From the NCBI GenBank assembly GCA_002633005.1, contig NMRA01000026.1, positions 767,073 through 831,072 on the forward strand: a stretch of DNA of 64,000 bases, written 5' to 3'. The stretch's first letter is position 1, and the number at the start of each line of letters is the position of its first letter. This DNA is from Phoronis australis (Eukaryota; Animalia; Phoronida). The notes below the pieces were generated by a model. It did not search any database. It had not been told where the DNA came from and saw nothing but the letters and a program-made list of their open reading frames with translations. A program made the translations under genes and the position numbers. Shown one piece after another: positions 25,139 through 37,800 of the stretch.

Positions 25139-25455
25139 GTAAGTGTCTTATAGAATGTAATGTGAGGTGCTTAGGAGAACACTTGGTAAGTGTCGTACGG
25201 AATGTAATGTGAGACACTTAGGAAAACACTTGGTAAGTGTCCTATAGAATGTAATGTGAGGCACTTAGGAGAACACTTGGTAAGTGTCCTATAGAATGTA
25301 ATGTGAGGTGCTTAGGAGAACACTTGGTAAGTGTCTTATAAAATGTAATGTCAGGCGCTTAGGAAAACACTTGGTAAGTGTCCTATAGAATGTAATGTGA
25401 GGCGCTTAGGAAAACAGTTGGTAAGTGTCGTATGAATGTAATGGGAGTCGCTTAG
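25108..25455 (+). repeat. 47-bp tandem array (7 full units plus a partial unit) duplicating the end of exon 2 and its splice donor
   Basis: Unit ~ATGTAATGTGAGGCACTTAGGAGAACACTTG|GTAAGTGTCCTATAGA. GT donors at 25139, 25186, 25233, 25280, 25327, 25374 and 25421. Decayed units at ~25675-25733 and ~26012-26115. Confidence 0.95.
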
Positions 25456-25736
25456 CTGAATTCATTGTCAAAGTTGTCTCCCCTCATGGCCAAGAATGAA
25501 GGGCAATTAACAGGTAAAGGTGGCTTTGCCATTACGTAAATAGAAGTTTGCCATCCTAATAGTTATTACCAGTCAATTTGTCCGTTTAGAGGATTAACAA
25601 AATTCGTAGTCGTGATGGAGAGATGGTATTTTGTCTGGTTACTTTTATCTTGTACTGTCTGTATCGTCAGATTTTTAGAGAACGCTTGGTAAGTCTCCCA
25701 GTTTTGTAATGTTAGTCACTCAGGAAAACACTTAAA

Positions 25737-26009
25737 TCTGTTTCATGAAAAGTGATTGAAGACTTAAGAAAGCAATTTGGTCTGAATATCCCACTTCACA
25801 GTTGTTGAATTAAGGTTTAGTCTTTTGATTTTTAGAACATTGGTTCTGGAAATAGTTTGCACATTTTGTTCTCAGGAAGTAATAATTATGAGTCTATTTG
25901 AGATATTTATTCTTTTGTTATAGTTAGTTTGGATTATTTTTGGAAATAGTTATGTGGAGCGTAAGGTCTGAAATCTTAAGTGTCAAGTCACTTTTATGAA
26001 ACAGACCCC
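25737..26009. mobile_element. ~270-bp MITE inserted into a decayed 47-bp unit
   Basis: TIR TCTGTTTCATGAAAAGTGA..GACTTAAGA / TCTTAAGTG..TCACTTTTATGAAACAGA. Related copy at ~55188-55400. Confidence 0.65.
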
Positions 26010-26347
26010 TGGTGTCTTTACAGTATGTGATGTCATCACGAGAATACTGTACAATGTCAAGTATTGCTAGAAGGTGTAATATGAGCTTGTATGGAGATTA
26101 TTGGATAAGTGTTGTTTTTTTTCGTTTGTGTCCAACACTTACAAGATAATGTGCTGGTGATTTAACACATAACTTGGTGCGGGTCACTTTGAAAATAGCG
26201 AATAGGTGCTCTGTGGCTTTACATATTTTGGAAAATTTTCCTTATTTGATCAACATTTCAAGTAATCGTCTGTGTTTTCACGTCTATTTTGATAAGTGTG
26301 AGGATTTTGTTGTTTGTTGATTTTGTTGCTGTCTTGTAATCTTTTAG

Positions 26348-26362
26348 AATTACATGCGAAAG
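26348..26362 (+). CDS. Candidate 15-nt microexon (NYMRK) inside Ig1
   Basis: Long T/GT-rich tract ending cttttAG, exon AATTACATGCGAAAG, strong donor AAG|GTGAGT. Phase 0-0 and stop-free in a phase-0 intron. Confidence 0.5.
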
Positions 26363-28478
26363 GTGAGTGTGTTTCTTGACAATGATTATTTTTTCACTCA
26401 TGCATAATTCGTGATAATATTTGACGATCAATTTTTTCTTCAGTAGCATGCATCTTAGTCTCCGTTGTCTTCGTGATAGTCAAGTAGATGCATTGATTTC
26501 AAATACTAATTCGGATTTTTTTCGTTTTAGTTCAGAAGCAGATTATTATGAGAGAACGTTTCATTTACTGTGATCCTTTCGGTCTTGTGCGGTTCTAGTA
26601 AAAATTTTTGAAAAGAACCTGTCATTATTTCATTTATGATCACTCTAAACAAAGATGTACAATGATTTCAAACTTTTTAAAATGTCGATCTTATTCCAGT
26701 CTTGAAAATTTGTTGCATTTTGAGTTCAAATTCCCAGAAAAGCACCCTGCCACTGGTTGATAGAAATTTGACTAAAATCGGCAGTCATGATGGTGCTGGT
26801 GCTAAGTTGTATTTATGAGTTTAGTGCCTGGGAATCCCTTGTAAACAGCATACACTGCCATCTATTGTTTGGTTGTCTAGTGAACTAGGTGGCTCTGCTA
26901 TTCTGCTATTCATGGTCTCAGTGACTGCTTTAGAAAACTTGTACTGCCATCTATTGCTCAACTGAACAACGCATCACCTGCAACTCTGAACCTAAATCAT
27001 GTAACAGTTTAACTTTTAGTAGTTATAAAACACCAATGACATAAATATTGAAATGAAACTTTTATGAAACTTATGAAAAAAACTAGGCCTACATAATCAT
27101 ATTTTTCAAAAAAAAACATAATATAAGAAATGGTTTGCAGGTAACAGTGTCTTTTCTGTAGTATCGTAAATCAATGAGCACTGTGAACAATTTTTGAAAA
27201 TTACTACTAACACATACAAATAAAATTGAAATTTACAGTGTAACTACAGTTGGCTGAGGATACACATTTGAATTTTTTTGGTGAGGAGTGACCGAAAGAA
27301 GAAAAAGAAAGTTTACTTTCGTGCACAATTGTTGTTCTATGGCCTCAATGTTATCTGGGCCTCTTCTGGTGGTTGACGATTGACAATGGCTCAAGTACTG
27401 GTTGGACAGATTGTCAAGCAGTCTGGCAGAAAAAAATAGTAACCATAACGATATTTTTCTGGTAGTAAAAACTTTAACACCATGAGATATTCCAGTTTGG
27501 AACAGTCTCTAAAATTTGGGACACAGAAGCTCAAGCTGGCTTTGAATTTTCTTTTATTTTTTTGAACAAATTTTTGAGTTCACGATATTTCTCAAATGTT
27601 GGGCACTGCGTTTTTATCACCAGAAAATAGACTCGATAGCTCATAAAGTCGTCTAAAGTAGCCTATGATGTAGTGTTTTCATCCATCCCTGTAGTGTGTA
27701 AACATTGAAGTGAATGATAGTTTGTCATTTATTCTTGAATTTTTGGATTGCCATTATTGCCTTTATCTAAAATTTGGTGCAATCTTTGACCTTGAGCAAA
27801 CTTCTTTATTTTTCACTGTTCCTAACTGGAGAGATTTTTTCAGTTTTAAATACCTCAAACATCAGATTCTGCAATCAATCTTTGATTTCGCATTATTTGA
27901 TTGTAGGAAACTAATTCCCAAATTTTGAAATAATCTCTCTTGTTTGTGGAGGTAGAAAAATGCATTGTTTGATTGACTTTGTTTTGAGATGTATAGAAGC
28001 CAACCAGCGTCTTGGCTTGAATGGCACAAGTTTTATATCTGTACCAACTCTTTGGCCCCAGAATGACAATAGCAAATTAATTTTAACATAAACTATTGAT
28101 TAGCAGGCAACAGAGTGCAACTGCAGGGCAAGTGTTCACCACAGATGTGCTGCATTGTTGGGTAAATACCACAGAGGGCGCTGTGTTGGCTGGAAAGTTG
28201 CTATTGACTTGCTGTGATTTTGAATACTGTGATATTCTACAACACAATGCAATCAGTCTTTAAGGAAAAGAAAGATAATTTTCATACGTAACTGAAGTGT
28301 TTAACCAGACGTAAAAAATCCAGACAGTTACCTGAGGTAAAAAATGATAAGGGTACTAGTGTGTGAAGAATGTGTGACTCATTTATAGAAAAATAACTCC
28401 TTTTGCAAGAATTGTGGCTGATAATTATTATGTGTACATTCTTGGTAAAGGAGAAGTGAAGCTGTCAGATGAATGTGC

Positions 28479-28558
28479 AGAGAGAGAGAGGGAGGGAGGG
28501 AGGGAGGGAGGGAGAGAGAGAGAGAGAGATACAGAGATAGAGAGAGAGAGAGATAGAG
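28479..28558 (+). repeat. (GA)n/(GGGA)n polypurine microsatellite
   Basis: Directly visible. Confidence 0.95.
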
Positions 28559-30242
28559 CGTGCACAGTAATGGATGTTACTGTTTCCACAAAAACTGGAA
28601 ACCGTTCTTTGCATGGACGTAATTTTGATAAAACCCTGTTGCACCTTTGAAACATGGGCTTGAATATAGTGCATTGTTTACAAGTACAGTAAAATCTCAT
28701 GAGTATTGCAGACAAGTGGATTTTTTCATAAAAGTGGCTTCAACTAATTTCATTTTGCAATTCTGTAACCATGCCACCTTTGGACAATGTTTTATAAATC
28801 TGTGAGTGTTCACTATCATGCTAGAAATTTTTGAAAAATGATCATTTTTATCCATTGTCTGAAATCTGTGAGGGTTTACTGTGACCAGCCGTTTGATCTT
28901 TTTCAAAATGTCACTTTCGTTCTTCAATATAACAAAGATCAACGCTGGTTTTCTCATGATTTGGCCATTATCTATGATTTTAATCCAATAGTATTGATTG
29001 TTGTTTATAACATATTACCTTAGACACTAACTTATCTCTCATGACTAATTTTGGCTCTACAGCACTTCGTCAGTGTATTAACTGGGAGAGCAACAATTTT
29101 TGATATTACCACTAGTGAAAATAAAGACCCTTGGTTGTTTTGGACAGACATTTCCTATCAATTGTTCATGTCTCAGCATGTGTTCGCTATAATCCATGGA
29201 ACAAAAATGACATATGACCAACATAGACTGTGTTCAAAAGTCAGTAGGGCATTGTGTCAGATGAAAACAAAGGGTTGTAGAGTAATACACCTTTTGTCGG
29301 TCATGCCACTCTCCTGTCTTCCATGCATAATCGATACCCACCATGATACCCACCAGGGGTATAGCAGTTTCAAAACCAGGAAAATACGTCTCCAAAATAT
29401 CCAGGGATCTGTGTACTTGCTAAATGGAACATCAAAAATGATCCCCCTTTAAGTTTTGTTTCAGTATAGTTTTGATGTTGTCTAACACTTTCCTATTTGT
29501 AGCTCTGCAAAGGTTATACAGACTGTCCTAAAAATATTGACGAAATATTCTAAAATATGAGTTCTAAAAATGGCTTTATTAGGAATTGATGTTGCATTTC
29601 CTTTTTTAGGAATCCCAAAGTTTGTTTTGAAGTGTGAAGAAATTTTAGAAGTGCCACAGTTGATTCTGAAGGCAGAGAACATATTTATTCCAGTCTTGAC
29701 ACCAAACGCATCAAGTTTATGTAGGTTCTAGAAAATTGTCCAACTTTGGAACATCTCAGAAATGGCTGTTCGGATTCAAACCAAACTTTCAAATGCTATG
29801 CTTTATGTAATGATCTTGTAAACTCTATTAGGAATTGTTTTGAGAATGTTTGATTTTTTCATGAGGGGCTATCAAAAATAGGACTTTCATGATTTTTACG
29901 AAAAAAAAAACTCAAGAGTTTCATAAAATGAAAGAAGGTGATCATTAGAAAATGGTAAAAGCTTTTTAGAGATTTCATCTTGAACACATATAATCCAGTG
30001 AAATTTGGTGATGGTAATGATATTGTATCAATATAGCTTTCTTTTTTGCTAAATTCTACTCAAAAAGACATGGTCACATAACCCAATGAATGGCTGATCA
30101 GTAAAAAGTAAAAAATCAAATTCTATGGGCTTTCTGTTTTTTAGAAAATATGTATGGAACTTTAATTTACTGAAGTAAAATCTGTTGTTTTTATATTCCT
30201 GGTTAAATTCACTGAGTTGCTGATAAGGCCCTATACAGCTTA

Positions 30243-30740
30243 CAGAGCTTGGAATTTTCCGCCGAAACGCGGATTTCCGCTTTTTTCAAATGTTCTGTCC
30301 GCGCATTTTATTATATTTCCGCGTAAAAAAAATCGGATTTGATATAAAATTCCCGCGGCAAATTCCTTTCTTACCGCGGCATTGCAGACGACGCTCACCT
30401 CAAAAAGCGGAAGTTGCTCTTTATGTTTCGGAGGAACGTAAATTGTCAACATTGCCGGGGCACCTGGAATAGCCTGGTGGGATTTTCAATGGCGTCTCGT
30501 GTTATTGTAAACTGCGGCGACAAATACTACGGCTCTGGAGCCAAAAATGTGTGGGTTGGGAGTGGACGGACGAGCTAAAAGGACGCAGACGCATGCTAAT
30601 GATGGTGGTAACCTTTTTTTTCTAGTCCCCCGATTTTTGCCGGGGAAAGGTTCACATCGACCATTGCAAGGCTGGGTAGCGCGTATGATTTGGGCCGTAA
30701 AAGTTTCCGCGTTCTTTGTCATTGGTCATTCCAAGCCCTG
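30243..30740. mobile_element. 498-bp MITE with hAT-like CAG termini and 6-bp TSD
   Basis: TIR CAGAGCTTGGAAT / ATTCCAAGCCCTG. AGCTTA on both sides. CpG-rich interior with repeated TTCCGC. Confidence 0.8.
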
Positions 30741-31595
30741 AGCTTAAGAGAACAGTTTCTATATTTTTCTGGTGTGGAAATTGTGTTAATAGGTTTGAAC
30801 ATAGAATGCAGTGGTTGAGTGAGACCTATGATCTATGTTGCAAAATCTTGTAAAATGCATTTCTCTACAATTTATCAACTGTGACATTTTGGAAACTTTA
30901 GGGGTTCCCGAAATGCAACAAGTACAACTAGTTCCTAGTAAAGCCGTTTTCCGGCGTTCATATTCATTCAGAGTGTTTTTGTTAATATTTTTGGTTCACC
31001 CTGTACTCCATCACTATGGTGATTACTCGAGCATGATATACCTTCATTCACATTACCCATCCACTGTACTTTCCTCATAAGATGGGCACTGACACTCAAC
31101 TGTTGCATGAGGGGTAATTCTAAGGAGGGGTTGATAATTCAGAACTGTTTCTGGCTACCCGGTTTTGTTTGTCTTAAACCCATAATACGGTAAAGTTTCA
31201 GTATTATCCGATGTTCAAAGTTGACCATTTTATAGCTTTCCATGGACACAACATTGTGAATGTCCACAAGTCTTTGTCAAATATATAACTACAGTACAGG
31301 ACTTGAAAATGAAAACTGCGAAAATCAAATATGTCTTCCATATCAAGGGCTGGAAACAACACGACTGTCGCCCCCTAGAGTCAGTGAACTGAGTTAACCA
31401 GCTTTTTGAGTCATGTTTATTGGTGAGAAACTTTGTTCACAAGTGTGTGGCAGCCATACTGTTTCTACCGCTTGCATCAGACTATAATTACGACTACCTT
31501 GAACTACTAGTCATTTACCTAAGTGTGTGATCGAAAAGTCATATGTTCACATGCAGTTTGATTTCATTATTAATTGAATGCGTTCTATTTTTCAG

Positions 31596-31800
31596 ATCCT
31601 GTGGGAAACCATTGGTGGTACAGTTTTAACCTTTGGTTCGCAACGAATCACGTCAGATACTCGCTTCAGAATCGAGAACCCCTATGTTCAAGAATGGAAC
31701 CTTCACATTCATCCTGTAGAGGTCACTGACGCTGGGCGGTATAAATGTGTGGTTAACACAGAGCCATCTATGATAAAGTACATTGATCTTTTTATACTGG
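31596..31800 (+). CDS. Exon 3: Ig1 C-half ILWETIGG...WNLHIHPVEVTDAGRYKCVVNTEPSMIKYIDLFIL
   Basis: Acceptor tatttttcag, donor G|GTGAGT. WNLxI and DAGxYxC Ig motifs. Confidence 0.95.
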
Positions 31801-34800
31801 GTGAGTCATTACGTGATGAAATTTGGTGGAAGGTTCGGTAAAAAAATCTTCAATTTGGGACAAAAATAATTGCTAAAATTGGCATATTTCTATTTTTAGA
31901 CACTTGCCACATTGTTTCCAATTCTCAAAATTTTACTAAGTGTTGCCTGGTAACCACTTCGACATACAAACTATGCTTAAAACAAAGAATTTTCATGAAA
32001 AGTTATTTTTGTTGAAAATTTTGACAAAAGGAAATTTCATCTCTCCACCATATTGTGTTCCAAACTGAACAAATTTTACTTTAGGTCTGTTCAAGGGCTA
32101 CAAAAAGTGACCTTTAAGTTGCTGGACCTTGAGTTTGGTGAACAAGATGGTTACTATTCAAATTTAACCAATGTTGCTAAATTGGTCTGTCTCAGTCTGT
32201 GGAGGAAATTTTGTTTTATCAATAACAGTAGAGAATGCTCTCATACGTAGGTTAATCTTGACCTATAGATGGCCCTACTGTCTTGAGGATAACAGATCAA
32301 AGTCTCATTGATTTTCACAGAAATCTTGTTCGGTCATTAACAATAGAATGCTCTGGGGTATCGTCCCCTCAAACTTTCTTATTCATGGCAGGTCAAATGC
32401 AAATTGATCTGTCTACATCTCGTCAGTCTTTTTTCAATCAATTGACCTTTTATCAGATTAGATGAACATTAATGCATGATCATACAATAATAGAGATTTA
32501 TGAGAGATCAAGTCGTCCCACTTGGTGATGACTTGATTTTTTATTCCTTTCCTCCGTGTCGATTGCTGGATTTCCCACAATACGCATTGTATGAAAACCT
32601 GGAAAATGACGGAAACAGTCTCCATAAAACAAGTCTCCATGGGAACCTTATGGAAAATTTTATAATGTGAGCAAACAATAAGCTCATTTGCAAGGCATTT
32701 TTTGAACCGTCACTTACAGGCGTCCGCATTTTTGAGAACGAGGCTGACGTCTGGGATTTAACAGAGGAAACTCGTTCCCAAGATGCAGGACCCTTGTAAG
32801 TGAATATTGTATAATTATTTTTGGCTAGCATTACTGTATTGTTTTGGTGGCAAAATAATTCACGTAAAATGGAAATTGAATCCTGGAATACTCTTGTAAT
32901 ATGAAAGCAACATGAGTGGGAAATTCTACAGGTCTTTGCCATCAACACCATCTTCATCGAAATTCCGTTACATTTTCTAACATTTGTTTCCGCGTCTCAA
33001 TGTTGGGAGAATTAAGTCACCCGGCTCAGGCAAAACTAACTTTTCTTGTTAGAACTTTGAAAGATATTTTATATTTCATAAAATTTAAGGTAATGGGATA
33101 CCATTTCTAAGGACTATATTTCTTAACCTTTTTAAAGTACTAATAGCTTGGAAGCCCTTCATTGACACAAACTTGGTTGAAGACATGGTTGTTGTACATG
33201 TCTTCATATACTCGTTTGTAGTTTCTCTACAAGGTCCCATCTTCCCTCCTGCAGTTGTAAAGCAATTAAAATGCCCAGGGACATAATGGACTAATGAGTT
33301 AAAATATTAGTTACATTTCGAGACCTCACGTCTCATCTTCAGGCAATAGGTATTTCACTAAACTTAACGCTGAGCCAGTGACTGGCTATTCATCTCTAGC
33401 AAACCTTGTTTACTTCCCCAAGTGTCGCCCTCTGGGGAGTTTTTTATTTGTTTTCATAAAGTATCAGTCCAATACAGTTCAACTGAAAAGGAATTTCCTT
33501 TTGCTAATAGACTATTTATGCAGCTGTCAAAGACTCCTCCATTGAGATCATCAAACGAGGCCAATCAACAGCATTTCGCACACTAAGAGATAGTCACACT
33601 GTGTTGGATTGATCCCCAATATTATCAAATCTCTCTTATTGTCAGAGATATCGGCGCTCTTTACAAACACGCATATAGTTTCGAATCCATGGTAATCTAG
33701 GGAAGAGAGAAGCAGGGTTTGAGGGAGGCAGGATTACGGATGGATTATTTTTGCTGCCTTCAAAAATGAACATGGGTTGTGTGTTTTAGATTATGAACCA
33801 ATGCACAAAATTTAATAAGTCTGAGAATAACTTCTAAAGGCCTTTCTGACAGTAGTGGACTAGTGGTTAGTGGACTGCACAATCTCTCACTTATGTGGCA
33901 CAAATTCCAATCCTGTGTCATAATTCTTCACATATTTAGTGCACATTATGGCCAACACGTAAAATTCAATTCTGCTAAATTTCTCCTCAAAAAAAAAAAC
34001 ATTTTTGTGTAAACAAGCATGGATTGTATTGTGTAGATGTGATAAAATGACATATGATAAATTTCTTAATATTTTCCAAAAAGTAATCAGCATTTGAGAA
34101 ATTGAAAATGGCCAAGTTCTAATCTCTCAACTTTAAATCGAATTTGAAATTATGTTTCATATTTTCCTTTCTACGTTTGTGCGAATTCAAAACAAGTGCC
34201 TTTTATTCTGTGCTCGACTACATTATTGTTTTCGTCAATGAAAGTCTAGTCCGAGTGCACACTTGATGACCTCTAGATTCGAACTACAAACTCAAGACTT
34301 CAAGGTCAGAGTCTAGTTTATAACTTTAATTCTGGGATCATTAACATGGGCGACGCAGCACTGAAATAAGTGGGAGGGTCTATGCCCCCCGCAGCTCCCT
34401 ATGGTACGCCGCCCAGAATTAAGTGCAAACTAGGATTAGACAGATATCCACGCAAACTATGATGTACTTTAGCACGTACGTAATATTAGACGTGTATGTG
34501 TCGTGTGTCCACACAAAACTAGCGCTGAATATTAAAAAATTAGACACTTGGCACGGTCTATCTAATCCTTTAACTTGAGTGGGTGAAGGTAAAGAAGGTA
34601 GATTGAATGTATCCAGTCGCCTCATGGAGAACTGTCTGGAGTTCAGTAACAATAGGACGTTAGGACATTGCTATCGCGTAAGACTTTGCGAGATTATGTG
34701 AGATATTGCCATGTATTTTAAATATTGAGAACACGTGATTTTGGCTAGATTTTTCTAGCCGCGAGACAGCTGCTCAACTTAACCCAGTCTTGTGATTATC

Positions 34801-37800
34801 TTCTTTACAATATTTTTTAAAGTTACTGTTTAATATATCTGCAACCCTTCGTGCTAAGCAAGCGCCTTGTTCAACCATTGCGTGAGCTAAGCCACTGTTC
34901 ATCTGTTTATTGCTAAATATAAAACTCAAATCAATCAATGCTCTGGTGCCATATTAAAATTGGCTTCCCTCCAGAGGGTTGTTAGGTTCTGGCCTCTGAC
35001 TGCTGTGTCTCCTTGGGGTTGTTTGTGGTAACGCTCCTCTGACTCCATATCTGAGTCCTCAAGCGTGTCCAACTACTTACCACACTAATTAAGCATTTTA
35101 AGATGAAGATGGGCTTAACGATGGTTTTTTTTAAAATTCTGCATTCCTTGGTGCTCATTAAGCGCTTAAGATAAGATTATGTTTCAGACTTTTTTGGTAG
35201 ATTCTGTTATCAGTTGATGTTATTTAGATATTAGGTGTTTGTGTTAGGCAGTGCCAACCCCACTTTGAAAATATTTTGGCTGAATTTAAAAAAAATATTT
35301 TCTTAATGGTTTAGTGCTTTGTATGAAATTGTGGGGTCTTAAATTATGTATTTTACTATTGTCTGAAGTCATATTATTACAAGTCTCCTAATTAATTTTT
35401 TAGAAAAAATCAAAAAATTGTTCTTACTTGCATACAAGAGGCAACAAACTCACAATTTCCTAAAAAGCACTTTATACAGCTGTTAGTAAAGAGATGTAAG
35501 TTTCTTTTTTGAAATGAAAACTGTGTTTTGTGAATTGTTGTAGATTTTACTCATGATCTAGGAAAGAATTTCTGGAGATTTGTATTATCGTCAGCAATGT
35601 GTCACCCCCTAGTCTGTCATTGGGGGCTTTATAATGAAACTGTATGACTGCACCTGCACCATGTATGCATTTTAAACAATTGTAACCGAATTTCGACTTA
35701 TAAAAAAGAAGTTTTCACCTCGGCAAGTATGAAAACTTACTTCTTCAGCAATCCTTTCTGGTTCTATGCATATTGTAATGAAGTATGTCTGTGGTAATTA
35801 AGATTGATTTGCGAAAATTTTCAACTTCTCTTTTTCATCTCTCGTAATTTTTATACCGGGCACAAGAAACACAGACAGACTAAGGTGATGTCATACGAGT
35901 TATGATTGGAAATTACCTCTTAAGGGCACAACGAAGGAAGTTCTGCGGGCTTCATTATACCTGAAATGCCGTATCCCTGAGAAACTTGTAAGATTTGTTT
36001 CCTTTGAACTCTATGTTCGTGACGTGATTTCATGTAACTTCCGTCAAGGGAAGCTCAAGTAAAACGCAACAGAATTTCATGGATATGCTGACTACGGTAA
36101 ATTGTCTTCAGTCTCAGTTTGTGTTAGTTGCAACTGTTTGCTTCCTTTGCTCTTGCATTTTGAAATGAGTAGGGTTTACTGTTGGAGTAGCATCGCCTCT
36201 GGTCATAACAGAAGAGGTGTAACTGTCGAGTATTGTTCGTAAGAGTTGACGTGCATGCCAAACATTGCTATCAAACCACAATGATTTGATTTCACGGATC
36301 CATGGGAAAGACATAGTAACTGTCAAATTAGTTTTATTCCTGTTATTGACTGAGTTTGTTCGCTCTCCATGTTATCGTGTGTTGTTTGTAACCGTATTAG
36401 TTTTGGTTTTAGGTTTTTCCAACGATTTAGTGTCGTCGTCTGCCTTGTCTCTTCAAATCAATCAGGGAGGGCATTCAAATTGGAGGGTTGTTGGTGACCG
36501 CCATCTCCGGTGTTTTTTTTTTCTATCCCTCGGGTTGGTGTTGCTTCTCATGGGTATTTTGCGCCTGCGTGTATTTTTTCCAGTTTCGGGTATCGTCTTG
36601 GGTTTGGTAATTTGGCTTCTTTGTTGCTGACCTAAGTGTAGCATTGTCTAGGGTAGATAAACATACCTGAGTGAAGTGTGGCATTGTCTAAGGTAGATAA
36701 ACAAAAGAAGTTACAACTGAGGGGTATTGTCCAAGGTAGAGGCTTTTCATCTTTTATTATTGTCTTGGGTCCTGATTATCCTGGTTGCCATGGTGTTTCG
36801 TTGATTTGGATGTAGACAAACCTCTCCTGTTATGTGAAACTGAGCCCCCTCTGATCAACAACTCATTAACGTCCAATGTCATCCCTTTATAGATCTATGG
36901 AAGCAAATGAGACCATTCTCTTATGCATACTGTGGGTCTTGACATGGGCATTTGACTAATGAATTGGTTGAATCAGGCCTGCATTCCATATTCCACCCAT
37001 GAAACTCATGAAAATACAAATTCTTTAAGGCTTCATGAGATATCACCATGCATTTCAGGCAAAGAACTTGATTACCTACACGTGCTTTATGCACCAAATT
37101 CTTGCGTCTTCAGAAGCTAGCATTGTGTTTCACTTTTATCCGAATCAACATAAACAATTAATCTTTTCCGTGGAGTCTTCATTGAAGCTTATGGAAATCT
37201 GTATAATCTGGTGTAAGGCCACCTCAGTTTTTCGTATTTCCAGATAACCCAGTAAGTCCTCGTGAGATAGGTTCAGACTGTCATCAGTTGTTGCCATTAG
37301 GTTTTATACCGTAATCATTTCATTAATTCTGAGAGTGCTTTAATTGGGTAACTCAAAAAATCGGGATGAGGGTTAAGCCGAGAATGGGGGGGGGGCATTT
37401 GAAAAAAAATTCTTGTGAGGTTGCTTACCTGAGACCATAGTGTGTTCAGGTTAAACGCTGCAGACTCCACTGTACGGCAATTCTCCACTTAATTTGTACA
37501 CTCTTTGCATTTTGAACATCAAAATTATTTAGATAATATTTTTTTTTGTCAAGCACTTATTTCAACATATATTGCCTCACCCAGTTCATACACTTTAGAA
37601 AATATTGCCAAACTGTATACACCTCATCAACTGTTTTAATAAGGCGTGAATATTTTATATTCACCACTTAATTCTTTCATTCACGTTCACATGGAATATG
37701 CGGTGATGTTGTAAACAGGTGGTGAAAGGGTGACCTGGATGTGTGTGGTGTGAGTTGGAACCATATGCTCAAAAGAGGGTTTTACCAATGCTGGAACAGG

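Noticed and set aside
25108-25455. CRISPR-like appearance of the 47-bp array
   Set aside because: The units are contiguous tandem copies without unique spacers, derive from an exon end, and lie in eukaryotic DNA with no cas genes.
26302-26362. Alternative reading GFCCLLILLLSCNLLELHAK as a signal-peptide exon
   Set aside because: Stops immediately upstream and no ATG. Better explained as the pyrimidine tract of the microexon candidate.
36265-36630. 121-aa hydrophobic ORF resembling a membrane or signal peptide
   Set aside because: TTG start, with no ATG before the first hydrophobic run and a stop just upstream. T-rich composition explains the hydrophobicity.
36634-36740. Three spaced copies of GCATTGTCTARGGTAGA
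   Set aside because: A short degenerate tandem duplication with too few and irregular units to be an array system.
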